A DNA stretch of 64,000 bases from an uncultured Bacilli bacterium. GTDB taxonomy: Bacteria > Bacillota_I > Bacilli_A > RF39 > UBA660. A program made the translations under genes and the position numbers. The notes beneath the pieces are model-generated. The model had not been told where the DNA came from and did no database searches. It saw only the letters and a program-made list of their open reading frames with translations. Location of the stretch: contig CANQSQ010000005.1 of assembly GCA_947626565.1 (NCBI GenBank), positions 6,462 to 70,461 of the forward strand. The letters are read 5' to 3'. The first letter of the stretch is position 1, and every line of letters starts with the position of its first letter. Of the stretch, positions 10,302-20,038 are shown piece by piece.

Positions 10302-10991
10302 GTGAGTTTTGGATATCGATATCGTAAACAAATTGTGATAGGAATGTGTTGTTTATTATTAGTGGGAGTTAGTAGTTTTTTTATTGTAAAACGCGTTATG
10401 AAGACTAAGAAGGAAGAGGCTAAAACAGAAGTAATAGCAAATTTTGTCAAGAAAAAAGAAACTTCTAATACTAAGGAAAAAAAGACCGAGACGTTATATA
10501 AGGTAGATATTAAAGGAGAGGTAATTAATCCAGGAATATATTCTTTAAGCAGTGATTCGCGGGTAATTGACGTTATTAATTTAGCAGGGGGTTTAACAGA
10601 TAAAGCTAATACTTCAGTAATTAATTTAAGTAAAAAAATAAGTGATGAGATGGTTATTATAATTTATAGTAATGGACAAGTACAAGATTTTGAGAAGACC
10701 AAAGAGGTAGAAAAACAAGTAATTGAAAAGTGTCAACAAGTTGATAGTAATGCGGTTAAAAATGATGCTTGTATAGGAGATGATAGTAGTATTTCAAATA
10801 AGGTTATTAATATTAATACGGCTACTGTAGAAGAATTAATGACACTGCCAGGAATAGGAGAAGCTAAGGCTAAAGATATAATTAGTTATAGAGATAGTAT
10901 AGGTGGTTTTAAAAATATAGAACAAATAAAAGAAGTATCAGGAATAGGAGATAGTGTCTTTGCTAAAATTAAGGACTATCTTGCTATATGA
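10302..10991 (+). CDS. comEA: Competence protein ComEA (DNA receptor)
   Basis: A GTG start follows an AGGAGG RBS. The protein has an N-terminal TM helix, a SLBB-like segment (VDIKGEVINPGIY) and a C-terminal helix-hairpin-helix (INTATVEELMTLPGIGEAKAKDII). Confidence 0.85.
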   Translation: MSFGYRYRKQIVIGMCCLLLVGVSSFFIVKRVMKTKKEEAKTEVIANFVKKKETSNTKEKKTETLYKVDIKGEVINPGIYSLSSDSRVIDVINLAGGLTDKANTSVINLSKKISDEMVIIIYSNGQVQDFEKTKEVEKQVIEKCQQVDSNAVKNDACIGDDSSISNKVININTATVEELMTLPGIGEAKAKDIISYRDSIGGFKNIEQIKEVSGIGDSVFAKIKDYLAI

Positions 10992-13026
10992 TTATGGTTA
11001 TTATTTGTTACTAATACTGGTTTTAGTTACAGTTTTAGTAAGAGTTAATATTACTAAAAAAGAAGTTTATCAGAATAAAAGACAAGAAATTGAAGGGATT
11101 ATTACTAAGTATAATATTGATGGTGATAAACTTAGTTTAGAAGTTAAGGCTCAAGAAAAGTTGGTAGGAAACTATTATTTTAAGAGTAAAGAAGAAAAAG
11201 ATAAAGGGGTAAAAATAACATTAGGTAAGAAGATAAAATTAGTTGGAACGGTAAAAGAGGCGGCTAAGAATACGACGAAATATTTATTTAATTACCAAGA
11301 GTATTTGAAAAGACAGGGAATTTATAAAATAATAGAAATTGAGGAGTATGATATAGAAAACAATAAAGTTCACTTGTATTATAAAATAAAGAATAAAATA
11401 AAAGAGCACTTAGGAGATAATCCTTATGTGAAGACGTTTATTTTAGGAGATAAGACGGGTATTGATAAGGAGGTAATGGTTAGCTATCAAGAAAATGGAA
11501 TAGCTCATTTATTGGCGATAAGCGGGATGCATATTAGTTTACTTGCAAGTATACTATTGAAATTATTAAAAAAGATGAAAATAAAGGAAGAGACATCTTT
11601 TACGATAGTTTGTTTATGTTTAGGAAGTTATTTGCTGATAGCCCAATTTAGTGCTTCTATTTTAAGAGGCGTATTATTTTTTATTTTATTTGGGATAAAT
11701 AAAAAGTATTATTTTTATATAAAACCTTTAAATATATTTTTAGTTGCTTTAAGTATAACTTTATTTATCAATCCTTATTTTATATTTGATGTTGGTTGTC
11801 AGTATTCATTTGTGATTAGTTTTTATCTAATATATTTAAGTGAAATATTAAAGAGTAAAAGCTATTTAGGGGGTTTATTAAAAGTAAGTGTCATATCCTT
11901 TATAGTTAGTATACCAATAAGTTTATATAATTTTTATCAAGTTAATTTATTTAGTCTTGTTTTAAATTTATTTTATGTACCTTTAGTTTCAATAATAATT
12001 TATCCATTATCGTTACTAGTAGGTGTTGTACCAAAACTAGAAGGTATTTTTAATATTTTGATTTATATTTTAGAAAAATCTTCTTTGTGGTTCAGTAAAA
12101 AAGATATGTTTAAATTATATTTTTACCGATTACCAGGAGTTGTTTATCTTTTATATGGCGTAGTAATTTTTGGGGGTTTTTGGCTTTTTAAAAAAAAGAA
12201 AAAGAAGATAGTATTTGGGATATTAGGAGGTATTTTAGTAATACATTACTTGCTTCCTTACGTTAATGGAGCAAGGATAGAGATGATTGATGTGGGACAA
12301 GGAGATTCTATTTTAATTTGTAATAAGAAAGAGGCAATACTAATTGATACAGGAGGGAGAAAAAGTTATGAGAAGCCTTTTCTTAAACGTAAGCAGCAAA
12401 ATAGTATTGTTAGAAATACAACAATACCTTTATTAAAAAGTTTAGGTATAAAAAAGCTGAAATATTTAATTATTACGCATGGAGATTATGACCATATTGG
12501 AGAAGGTATAAATTTAATTAATAATTTTAAAGTTGAAAAAGTAGTAATTAATAGTAATCAGATAAATTTTTTAGAGCAGCAACTGATAAAGAAGAAAAAA
12601 TACATTATAGGTGAAGAAGGATTAGTAATTACATGTGGTGATATAAAATTAATTCAATTAAATAAAGATTTAAAAGGAGAAAATGATAGTAGTTTAATTT
12701 TTTTAGGAGTTTATAATAAGAGAAAGTTTTTATTGATGGGAGATGCTTCTAAAAAAAGTGAAGAGGAATTACTAAAAAATTATACCTTAGGTAGTATTGA
12801 TATTTTGAAAGTTGGACATCATGGTTCTGATACTTCTTCAAGTTCAAAGTTTATTGAGTCTATAAAACCAGAAGTTTCTTTAATATCAGTCGGTAAAGAT
12901 AATAAGTATGGACATCCAAGTAAAGAGGTGTTAAAAATTCTAAATAAAAGTAAAATTTATAGGACAGATGTATGTGGTAGCGTTAGTATAATTTTTAATA
13001 AAAATAATTATAGTGTAGGATGTTAG
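10954..13026 (+). CDS. comEC: DNA internalization channel ComEC/Rec2 with a C-terminal MBL domain
   Basis: It has a polytopic membrane core (AHLLAISGMHI), an MBL domain (MIDVGQGDSIL, ITHGDYDHIGE, VGHHGS) and sits directly after comEA. The exact start is uncertain because the ORF overlaps the comEA 3' end. Confidence 0.88.
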   Translation: MSLLKLRTILLYDYGYYLLLILVLVTVLVRVNITKKEVYQNKRQEIEGIITKYNIDGDKLSLEVKAQEKLVGNYYFKSKEEKDKGVKITLGKKIKLVGTVKEAAKNTTKYLFNYQEYLKRQGIYKIIEIEEYDIENNKVHLYYKIKNKIKEHLGDNPYVKTFILGDKTGIDKEVMVSYQENGIAHLLAISGMHISLLASILLKLLKKMKIKEETSFTIVCLCLGSYLLIAQFSASILRGVLFFILFGINKKYYFYIKPLNIFLVALSITLFINPYFIFDVGCQYSFVISFYLIYLSEILKSKSYLGGLLKVSVISFIVSIPISLYNFYQVNLFSLVLNLFYVPLVSIIIYPLSLLVGVVPKLEGIFNILIYILEKSSLWFSKKDMFKLYFYRLPGVVYLLYGVVIFGGFWLFKKKKKKIVFGILGGILVIHYLLPYVNGARIEMIDVGQGDSILICNKKEAILIDTGGRKSYEKPFLKRKQQNSIVRNTTIPLLKSLGIKKLKYLIITHGDYDHIGEGINLINNFKVEKVVINSNQINFLEQQLIKKKKYIIGEEGLVITCGDIKLIQLNKDLKGENDSSLIFLGVYNKRKFLLMGDASKKSEEELLKNYTLGSIDILKVGHHGSDTSSSSKFIESIKPEVSLISVGKDNKYGHPSKEVLKILNKSKIYRTDVCGSVSIIFNKNNYSVGC

Positions 13027-13106
13027 TAAAGAGGAAGATTTTTAAAGTAAGGAACTAGACAAGTAAAAAAAAATTGGTTAGAATAATTATAGGTGGTGGT
13101 GGTTAT

Positions 13107-14012
13107 ATGAAGAAAATAAAAGACATGTATGATGAAGATTTAACTGCCTTAAAACATTCTTTTCAAGAGGCTTGTAGTAATAAAAAATTCAAAGACTATG
13201 TTTATAGTTTAGGTATAAGTGAAGATATAATGATGAAATATACATCTAGTTTAGAAGATAGTTTTGTCGAGTATGATAATTGCTTAAATTGTAAGGGATT
13301 AGAAAAGTGTCCGAATAAAGTTAAAGGTTTTAGATATAGTCCTATTAAAGATAAAGGAATTATTAGTTTTTCTTATGATGTTTGTGAAATTAAAGTTGAG
13401 GAGTTAGAAGATAATTCTTATCAAAAAAATTTAGATTTATTTTTAATGCCTGAAGAGATAAAAAAAGCCAGTTTTAAAACAATCTATAAAGATGATAAGA
13501 TGCGAGTACCAATTATAAAATATTTTAAAGAATTTATGCAACAGTATCAAAAAGGCGAAAACCCAAAAGGTTTATATTTAACGGGATCATTTGGAAGTGG
13601 TAAGACCTATTTGATAGCAGCCTTATTTAATGAGATGGCTAAAAAGAATGTACATAGTTCTTTAGTTTATTATCCGGAATTTTTACGAAGTTTAAAAGCA
13701 GGATTTAATGATAATAGTTATAATGAGCGATTCGATTACATTCAAAGGGTTCCATTGTTATTACTTGATGATATAGGGGCTGAAAACTGTAGTAATTGGG
13801 CTCGAGATGAGGTGTTAGGACCAATTTTACAGTATCGAATGGATAATAATTTAGCAACATTTTTTACATCAAATTTAACGCTTGAAGAGTTAGAAAAATC
13901 CTTAGCTTGTACAGCTAGTGGTTATGATAAAATTAAAGCTCGTAGAATAATAGAGAGAATCAAACAACTTAGTAATGTAATACCTTTAGTTAGTGAAAAT
14001 AGAAGGAGATAA
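13107..14012 (+). CDS. dnaI: Primosomal helicase loader DnaI-like AAA+ protein
   Basis: It has a Cys-rich N-terminal region (CLNCKGLEKCPN), a Walker A (GSFGSGKTYL) and a Walker B (LLLLDDIGAE). The ATG at 13107 follows a GGTGGTGG RBS. Confidence 0.8.
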   Translation: MKKIKDMYDEDLTALKHSFQEACSNKKFKDYVYSLGISEDIMMKYTSSLEDSFVEYDNCLNCKGLEKCPNKVKGFRYSPIKDKGIISFSYDVCEIKVEELEDNSYQKNLDLFLMPEEIKKASFKTIYKDDKMRVPIIKYFKEFMQQYQKGENPKGLYLTGSFGSGKTYLIAALFNEMAKKNVHSSLVYYPEFLRSLKAGFNDNSYNERFDYIQRVPLLLLDDIGAENCSNWARDEVLGPILQYRMDNNLATFFTSNLTLEELEKSLACTASGYDKIKARRIIERIKQLSNVIPLVSENRRR

Positions 14013-14014
14013 AT

Positions 14015-15955
14015 ATGGATATTAAGAAAATTTTAAGAGAATGTCTTTATTATGAGGAACGAATAATAGATACAGATTTTTTAGATTATATAAAAGAAAA
14101 CTCTTATGATTTTATTAATATCCTTTTTGATGTTTTTTATGAAGAAATGGAAGAAAAAAAGACTAAGAACTTTTTCTTTTATGATAACTTTTTATATTAT
14201 ATAAATTTAACAAAAAGACTTAATCTTGATGTTGATAGAAAATATTTGATTGATAAAATAATGGAGACCATTAATTATTTAGAAAATAAAAAATGTCAAA
14301 ATGAGGGACAAACGAAGGCTGAAAGAAAAGATTTTAAAAGATTAGTCTTTGTTGGTAATGGATTAAATAAGATAAATAATGAATTGAAACAAAGAGAAAT
14401 AACAGCCTATCAATTTATAAATTATTTAATTGAAGAAACAAGAAATTTAACTTATTTAGGAATTACTTTTAAAGAAATGCCATCTTTATTAAAAACACAA
14501 GATGAAGAAAAAGTTAGTCTTTTTCAAAATATAGTACGAAGATATTTAGCTAGTATTGAAGAAGAAGACCAAGAAAAGATTTTATATTATCAAAATGTAT
14601 TGGCTTTGATTATAGCTCAAGATGACTTTCAATTGACAGAAGAATTACAAAGAAAATGTTTAATAGATATCGATGAATATGTTGATACTTTGTATTCTTA
14701 TAGAAAAATAGCGAAGAAAAATAGAGAAAAATTAGCTAAAATTGCCTGCTTAAAAAATTTAGTTGTACCACCTAAAAAAGATACTATTTTAGAGGAAGTT
14801 GCGACAGCTTATAATATACCAGTTGACTTTGAGGAAGAGATATTAAATGAAGTACGTTTAAAAAGAATGCCTTTAAATCCTATGTATTATCCAAATAGAG
14901 TAGTAATAGATGACTATTTAATAACGATAGATGGCGAAGATGCTTTAGAGATAGATGATGGTTTGTCATGTAAAAAATTAAAGAATGGCAATTATTTATA
15001 TGGAATTCATATAGCTTCAGTATTAGGCTATTTTCCGTATAATTCTTTGGTAGTTGAGGAAGCTTTAAAAAGAACTACAGCTATTTACTTGCCAAAATGT
15101 TATAGAAAAGATGGAAATGGTTTTCATAAGACAATACCTATGTTTCCTTATGATTTTTCAGCTAATAAGGGGTCATTAAGAGAAGATAATTATCGGTTAG
15201 CTAGAAGTTATTTTTATGAAATAGATAGTAAGACAGGGGAAGTAGTTAATCAAAAGTTTTGTAAATCAGTAATTAAAAGTGCGAAGAGAATGACTTATAA
15301 AGAAGTAGATCACGTATTGGAACATGGTAGTGAGGATGAAAGATTACAGGAATTATGTAATAATTTACAAATAGTTACTAATTTAATTTATAAGTATTAT
15401 CATCCTAAAGCTTTATACCAAGAAGTAAAACAAAGTACTGATGATGTTGCGAATTTAAAGTTAGCTAACTTTGGAGCAGAGAGAATTGTTTATACAGCAA
15501 TGACAATGAATGGTAATAAAGTAGCTTCTTATTTTGCCGATTCTAAAAGAGGATACCCATGTTTATATAGAGTACATAAAGTTAGTCATGAATTGACGGA
15601 AAAGATATCGGAAATGATAAAACAACTTCCGCGACAAGTTGATTCAGAAGAATATAAAACAGTTTTTAAATCAATAAAAGCTATGTATCCTAAGGCTTAC
15701 TATGATTTAGAGGGTGGTCATGATGGGTTAGGTTTTGAGCATTATTGTCATTGTACATCTTGCCTTAGAAGAGCAGCTGATATAGTAGTAGAACATGCTT
15801 TAGAAGTGTGCTATGATAAAAGACCAACAAATCAGCAATTATATAATTTAGAAGAAGATATAAAGAAAAGAATAATTGAGATTAATTCTAAAAATAGTGT
15901 TAATGAATTATTTGTAAGTGAATATGCTAAAAGATATTTTAAAGAACACCATTAA
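14015..15955 (+). CDS. RNB-domain (RNase II/R-like) protein lacking recognisable cold-shock and S1 domains
   Basis: RNB motifs are present: IDGEDALEIDDGLS, GIHIASV and HDGLGFEHYCHCTSCLRRAADIVVEH. The first ~290 aa are an unrecognised helical region. The start lies 2 nt after the dnaI stop. Confidence 0.7.
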   Translation: MDIKKILRECLYYEERIIDTDFLDYIKENSYDFINILFDVFYEEMEEKKTKNFFFYDNFLYYINLTKRLNLDVDRKYLIDKIMETINYLENKKCQNEGQTKAERKDFKRLVFVGNGLNKINNELKQREITAYQFINYLIEETRNLTYLGITFKEMPSLLKTQDEEKVSLFQNIVRRYLASIEEEDQEKILYYQNVLALIIAQDDFQLTEELQRKCLIDIDEYVDTLYSYRKIAKKNREKLAKIACLKNLVVPPKKDTILEEVATAYNIPVDFEEEILNEVRLKRMPLNPMYYPNRVVIDDYLITIDGEDALEIDDGLSCKKLKNGNYLYGIHIASVLGYFPYNSLVVEEALKRTTAIYLPKCYRKDGNGFHKTIPMFPYDFSANKGSLREDNYRLARSYFYEIDSKTGEVVNQKFCKSVIKSAKRMTYKEVDHVLEHGSEDERLQELCNNLQIVTNLIYKYYHPKALYQEVKQSTDDVANLKLANFGAERIVYTAMTMNGNKVASYFADSKRGYPCLYRVHKVSHELTEKISEMIKQLPRQVDSEEYKTVFKSIKAMYPKAYYDLEGGHDGLGFEHYCHCTSCLRRAADIVVEHALEVCYDKRPTNQQLYNLEEDIKKRIIEINSKNSVNELFVSEYAKRYFKEHH

Positions 15956-16031
15956 AATGAGGTGCTTCTTTTTTATTTCCTTGACAAATAAGGAAAATTT
16001 AGATATTATATAGCTTTCCAGGGGTGATATT

Positions 16032-16778
16032 GTGACAAGGAAAGATATAGTTAATATTTTGATAATTATTGTGTTAATAATTTCTATAGGTTTAATGGTA
16101 GCGAAGAAAGAAAAGGATGATTTTCTTAATTTATCTTATGAATATATTAATACAAAAGATATGGCTATAACGGATATAAGTACAAAGAAAGATAATACTA
16201 ATATCATTGATATATTATTTAAAGGAGTAGATAATAAGGGAGTCTTAGTAGAAAAAGAATTACCTGTATATCAAAAAAGTCAAGTTTTAAATACACAAAG
16301 AAGAGTATGGTATTTGCCAACAGAAGTTGGAACTATATCACAATATCCTGTTTATAATCATGTAGCTTATGATATTTATAGTCCTAGAGGAGTAAATGAG
16401 ACTATTTTTCCTATAGCGAATGGTGTCGTTTCAGGAATGTATAGAGATGCAGCGGGAGCTAATATAGTAACAATTGCTCATAATGTTAATGGAATAAATT
16501 ATACGTCACAGTATGTTCATTTAGCAGCTTATGCTAGTGGTTTATATGTCGGTAAAGAAGTAACAATAAATGATGCTATTGGACAAATGGGTTCAACAGG
16601 TATGGCAACAGGAGTACATTTGCATATAGCTGTTGTTGATTGTAAATTATTTGATAGTAATGATCCTAATTGTCGAGATTTAAATGGTTTCTTTAATTAT
16701 GCTAATAGAAGATTAAATGAAGGCTTTAATGGTTTAGGTTCTGTGATGAATTTAAGTGGAAGTTGGAATAATCGTTAA
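16032..16778 (+). CDS. M23-family (LytM-type) peptidoglycan endopeptidase, membrane anchored
   Basis: It has an N-terminal TM helix, an HxxxD motif (HVAYD) and an HxH motif (GVHLHIAV). Confidence 0.85.
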   Translation: MTRKDIVNILIIIVLIISIGLMVAKKEKDDFLNLSYEYINTKDMAITDISTKKDNTNIIDILFKGVDNKGVLVEKELPVYQKSQVLNTQRRVWYLPTEVGTISQYPVYNHVAYDIYSPRGVNETIFPIANGVVSGMYRDAAGANIVTIAHNVNGINYTSQYVHLAAYASGLYVGKEVTINDAIGQMGSTGMATGVHLHIAVVDCKLFDSNDPNCRDLNGFFNYANRRLNEGFNGLGSVMNLSGSWNNR

Positions 16779-16784
16779 AAGTGT

Positions 16785-16813
16785 TTGCTAAAAAAAATGA
16801 ATAGTGATATATT
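16785..16813 (+). promoter_or_regulatory. Sigma-A-type promoter of the T-box/thrS operon
   Basis: The -35 is TTGCTA, the spacer is 17 bp, and the -10 is TATATT preceded by TGa. Confidence 0.55.
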
Positions 16814-16819
16814 AGATGT

Positions 16820-17039
16820 AGTGGAGAAGAAATACATTGATAAAAGGACATGATAGATTAAAAGTAATTTTAAAAGAGAATTCGTGGCTGGTGAAAACGA
16901 AGAAATTAATTAATTTATTACTCCCTTTTTAGTAGAATTAGGAAACTAATTCCGGTAAAACCGTTATCTAATTAAGATAAAGTAAGGATGGTACCGTGCA
17001 ATCTGCACTCCTATATAGAGATATATAGGATTTTTTTTT
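16820..17039 (+). promoter_or_regulatory. T-box riboswitch leader (probably Thr-specific) ending in an intrinsic terminator
   Basis: The T-box core aaggatGGTACCGTGc lies at 16984-16998. A stem-I AG-bulge and distal-loop-like segment agagaattcgtggctGGTGaAAacgaa is present. The terminator stem is cctatata/tatatagg (17010-17029) followed by T9. thrS is the third downstream gene. The 5' boundary is approximate. Confidence 0.75.
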
Positions 17040-17051
17040 AGGGGGAAAGGT

Positions 17052-17573
17052 ATGAAACCAATAAAGTATAAAGATATGGATGTTCGCTATTTAATGGCCT
17101 TATTACAGCGAAATAATGGTAATTATGAAGAGATAGTTGAAGTTTTAGCAGAAAGATTAGATACACTAAAAATCAGAATTTTATTAGAAAAATGTAATAA
17201 AGAGAAGAATCCTTTATTAAAGGAATTGTTAGAAGTGGCGGTAGCTAGAAAATTTTTAAATTATATTCTAGTAGGTGACTATGAAATTTTTCCAACTTCT
17301 ATTAAACAATATTTAGAAAATGTCTCTTCCTTAGATGCTTTATGTTTATTAATGCAAAGTAGAAATAGAGATATTGTAGTAATGGCTAGAAAGAAATATG
17401 AAGAGTTGTTTGATGCTTACTTAGAGACGTTTGAAAATGAAAATAGTGAAGAAGCAGAAATATTATATACAACTGAAGGTGATGATACGGAAATTATTTT
17501 CACAACCACAGCTAATAGTGATAAGATAATTCCGTTTATAAAGATAAAAGTAAAAACAGAAAAAGAGGGTTGA
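17052..17573 (+). CDS. Hypothetical protein (173 aa), first gene of the T-box-controlled operon
   Basis: The ORF has an RBS (gggggaaagg) and tight spacing to the next gene. I recognise no motif. Confidence 0.65.
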   Translation: MKPIKYKDMDVRYLMALLQRNNGNYEEIVEVLAERLDTLKIRILLEKCNKEKNPLLKELLEVAVARKFLNYILVGDYEIFPTSIKQYLENVSSLDALCLLMQSRNRDIVVMARKKYEELFDAYLETFENENSEEAEILYTTEGDDTEIIFTTTANSDKIIPFIKIKVKTEKEG

Positions 17574-17577
17574 GTTT

Positions 17578-18192
17578 ATGAAAATAAAAGTTTTTACCCA
17601 ATCAGCTATACGATTGGAAGAAGATAAGGTTATATATTTTGATCCAATTAAAATAAAAGAAGATTTATTTGATGCTGATATGGTATTTATTACTCATGAT
17701 CATTATGATCATTTTGAGGTTAGTTCTATAAAGAAAGTAATTAATGACCAAAGTGTTTTAATTGTACCTAAATGTTTAGAAGAAGAGGCTTTAAAAGTTA
17801 CTGATAAAGTAGTTGTGGTAGAACCAGGAAAGAATTATACGATAGGAAATATTTCTTTTGAGACGATACCAGCTTATAATTTAGATAAAATGTTTCATCC
17901 TAAAGAAAAAGGTTATGTTGGATATAATGTTTTAATTAATAATAAAAAATATTATATTATGGGAGATACTGATGCTACAGAAGAAGCTTTAAATGTTACA
18001 ACTGATGTTTGTTTTGTACCAATAGGTGGTACCTATACAATGGGTATGATTGAAGCTAGTGCTTATATAAATAAGTTAAGACCTAAAAAAGTAATTCCAA
18101 TTCATTATGGTAGTATTGTAGGAGATAAAAGTTTAGGAGAAGAGTTTAAAGAAAAAATTGATAAGGAAATAGAAGTAGAAATATTATTATAA
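17578..18192 (+). CDS. MBL-fold metallo-hydrolase
   Basis: The HxHxDH motif is present (ITHDHYDH), and downstream Asp/His ligands are present (MGDTD, IPIHYG). Confidence 0.85.
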   Translation: MKIKVFTQSAIRLEEDKVIYFDPIKIKEDLFDADMVFITHDHYDHFEVSSIKKVINDQSVLIVPKCLEEEALKVTDKVVVVEPGKNYTIGNISFETIPAYNLDKMFHPKEKGYVGYNVLINNKKYYIMGDTDATEEALNVTTDVCFVPIGGTYTMGMIEASAYINKLRPKKVIPIHYGSIVGDKSLGEEFKEKIDKEIEVEILL

Positions 18193-18196
18193 GGGG

Positions 18197-19975
18197 ATGA
18201 TTATGATGATAAATATAAAAGAAGATGAAAAGTTAAGTGTATTAAACCATTCATGTGCACACTTATTGGCTCAAGCCGTAAAACATTTGTATCCTCAAGC
18301 TATGTTTTGGGTAGGACCAGTAATAGAAGAAGGATTTTATTATGATATAGATTTAGGAGATGTCGTAATAAAAGAAGAGGATTTAGAAAAAATTGAAAAG
18401 GAAATGAAAAAGATTAGTAAAGATGGCAAAAGAATAGTACGTCATGAAATTACTAAGAAAGAAGCCTTAGAACAATTTAAGGATGATCCTTATAAGATAG
18501 ATTTAATACAGAGAATGGATGAGAAGGAGCAAGTTATTTCGTGCTATTGTCAAGGTGATTTTACGGACCTTTGTCGAGGACCTCATGTTGCGAGTGTTAA
18601 AGAATTAAAATATTTTAAATTAATTAAATTTAGTGGAGCTTATTGGAAAGGCGATGCTAAAAATAAGATGTTGCAAAGAATTTATGGAGTTTGTTTTACC
18701 AACCAAGAAGATTTAGATAATTATTTGCATGAATTAGAAGAAGCTAAGTTAAGAGATCATCGTAAAATAGGTAAAGAACAAGAATTGTTTATGTTACATG
18801 AGTTAGTTGGTTCAGGTATGCCTTTATGGTTACCAAATGGAGCTTTGATTAGAAAACAATTGGAAAACTATATTTATGAAAAAGAACAAGAATTAGGATA
18901 TAATCATGTTTATACTCCATGTGTTGGAACAGTAGATTTGTATAAGACATCTGGACATTGGGACCATTATAAAGAAAATATGTTTCCAATGATGAAAGTT
19001 GATGAAGAAGAATTTGTACTTCGACCAATGAATTGTCCACATCATATGTTAATTTATAAAAATAAAATGCATTCTTATCGTGATTTACCAATTAGAATAG
19101 GAGAGTTTGCAACTGATTTTAGATATGAAGCTAGTGGAGCTGTTAAAGGATTAGAACGAGTAAGGGCAATGTGTCAAAATGATGCGCATTTGTTTGTACG
19201 ACCTGATCAAATTGGGGAAGAATTTAAAAAAGTAGTTAATTTAATATTAGATGTATATAGAGACTTTGGAATTAAAGATTATAAGTTTAGATTATCATTA
19301 AGAGATAAAGAAGATAAAGAAAAATATTTTGATGATGATGAAATGTGGAATGAAGCTGAAGCTAAGTTAAGAGAAGTATTGAACGATTTAGGAGTTGAAT
19401 ATTTTGAGGCTATAGGGGAAGCAGCTTTCTATGGACCTAAATTAGATGTAGAAGTAAAACCTGCTGTAGGTCCAGAAGTTACTTTGTCAACATGTCAGTT
19501 AGATTTCTTACTACCAAGAAGATTTGATTTAAGTTATATTGATAATAAAGGTGAAAAGCAAATACCAGTAGTTATTCATAGAGCTATTTTTGGAACTTTT
19601 GATAGATTTACGGCCTTTTTGATTGAAGAAACAAAGGGAGCTTTTCCAACATGGCTTGCTCCTGTACAAGTAAAGGTTATTCCTGTCAATCCAGAATTTC
19701 AAGGTGACTATGCAAAAGAGATTACTGATATATTGAAGAAAGAAAAAATAAGAGCCGAGTTAGACGATAGAAATGAAAAATTGGGTTATCGTTTAAGAGA
19801 GGCTCAAACGGGAAAAGTACCTTATACTTTGATACTGGGAGATAATGAGAAAAATGATCAAACAATAAGTTATCGATTATTTGGACAAAAGGATACAACG
19901 ACACTTTCTAAAGAAGAATTTATTAAATTATTAAAAGAAGAAATAAATACGAAAGCCTTAAGAAAAAATGATTAA
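18197..19975 (+). CDS. thrS: Threonyl-tRNA synthetase lacking the N-terminal TGS domain
   Basis: The editing-domain motifs [11 protein letters not shown] and CRGPHV occur near the N-terminus. A class II catalytic core (FRLSLRD, QLDF) and an anticodon-binding domain follow. Alternative in-frame ATG starts lie at 18203 and 18206. Confidence 0.95.
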   Translation: MIMMINIKEDEKLSVLNHSCAHLLAQAVKHLYPQAMFWVGPVIEEGFYYDIDLGDVVIKEEDLEKIEKEMKKISKDGKRIVRHEITKKEALEQFKDDPYKIDLIQRMDEKEQVISCYCQGDFTDLCRGPHVASVKELKYFKLIKFSGAYWKGDAKNKMLQRIYGVCFTNQEDLDNYLHELEEAKLRDHRKIGKEQELFMLHELVGSGMPLWLPNGALIRKQLENYIYEKEQELGYNHVYTPCVGTVDLYKTSGHWDHYKENMFPMMKVDEEEFVLRPMNCPHHMLIYKNKMHSYRDLPIRIGEFATDFRYEASGAVKGLERVRAMCQNDAHLFVRPDQIGEEFKKVVNLILDVYRDFGIKDYKFRLSLRDKEDKEKYFDDDEMWNEAEAKLREVLNDLGVEYFEAIGEAAFYGPKLDVEVKPAVGPEVTLSTCQLDFLLPRRFDLSYIDNKGEKQIPVVIHRAIFGTFDRFTAFLIEETKGAFPTWLAPVQVKVIPVNPEFQGDYAKEITDILKKEKIRAELDDRNEKLGYRLREAQTGKVPYTLILGDNEKNDQTISYRLFGQKDTTTLSKEEFIKLLKEEINTKALRKND

Positions 19976-20038
19976 TATTTTTTCTTTTTCTTTTTAAGTA
20001 AATGTGTTAAAATAACATGTATCTAGAGGTGGGGTTTA

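Noticed and set aside
9981-10450. Two antisense ORFs of 116 aa and 82 aa lie opposite the DHH gene 3' end and the comEA 5' end.
   Set aside because: They are shadow ORFs of AT-rich coding DNA. Their translations are low-complexity Ser/Phe/Ile-rich, they have no RBS, and they are fully overlapped by well-supported genes on the + strand.
10954-10991. I considered whether the 38-nt overlap of comEA and comEC is a frameshift or a fused pseudogene.
   Set aside because: Both ORFs are full length with intact domains. The overlap most likely reflects uncertainty in the comEC start codon (the GTG at 10954 versus downstream TTG codons).
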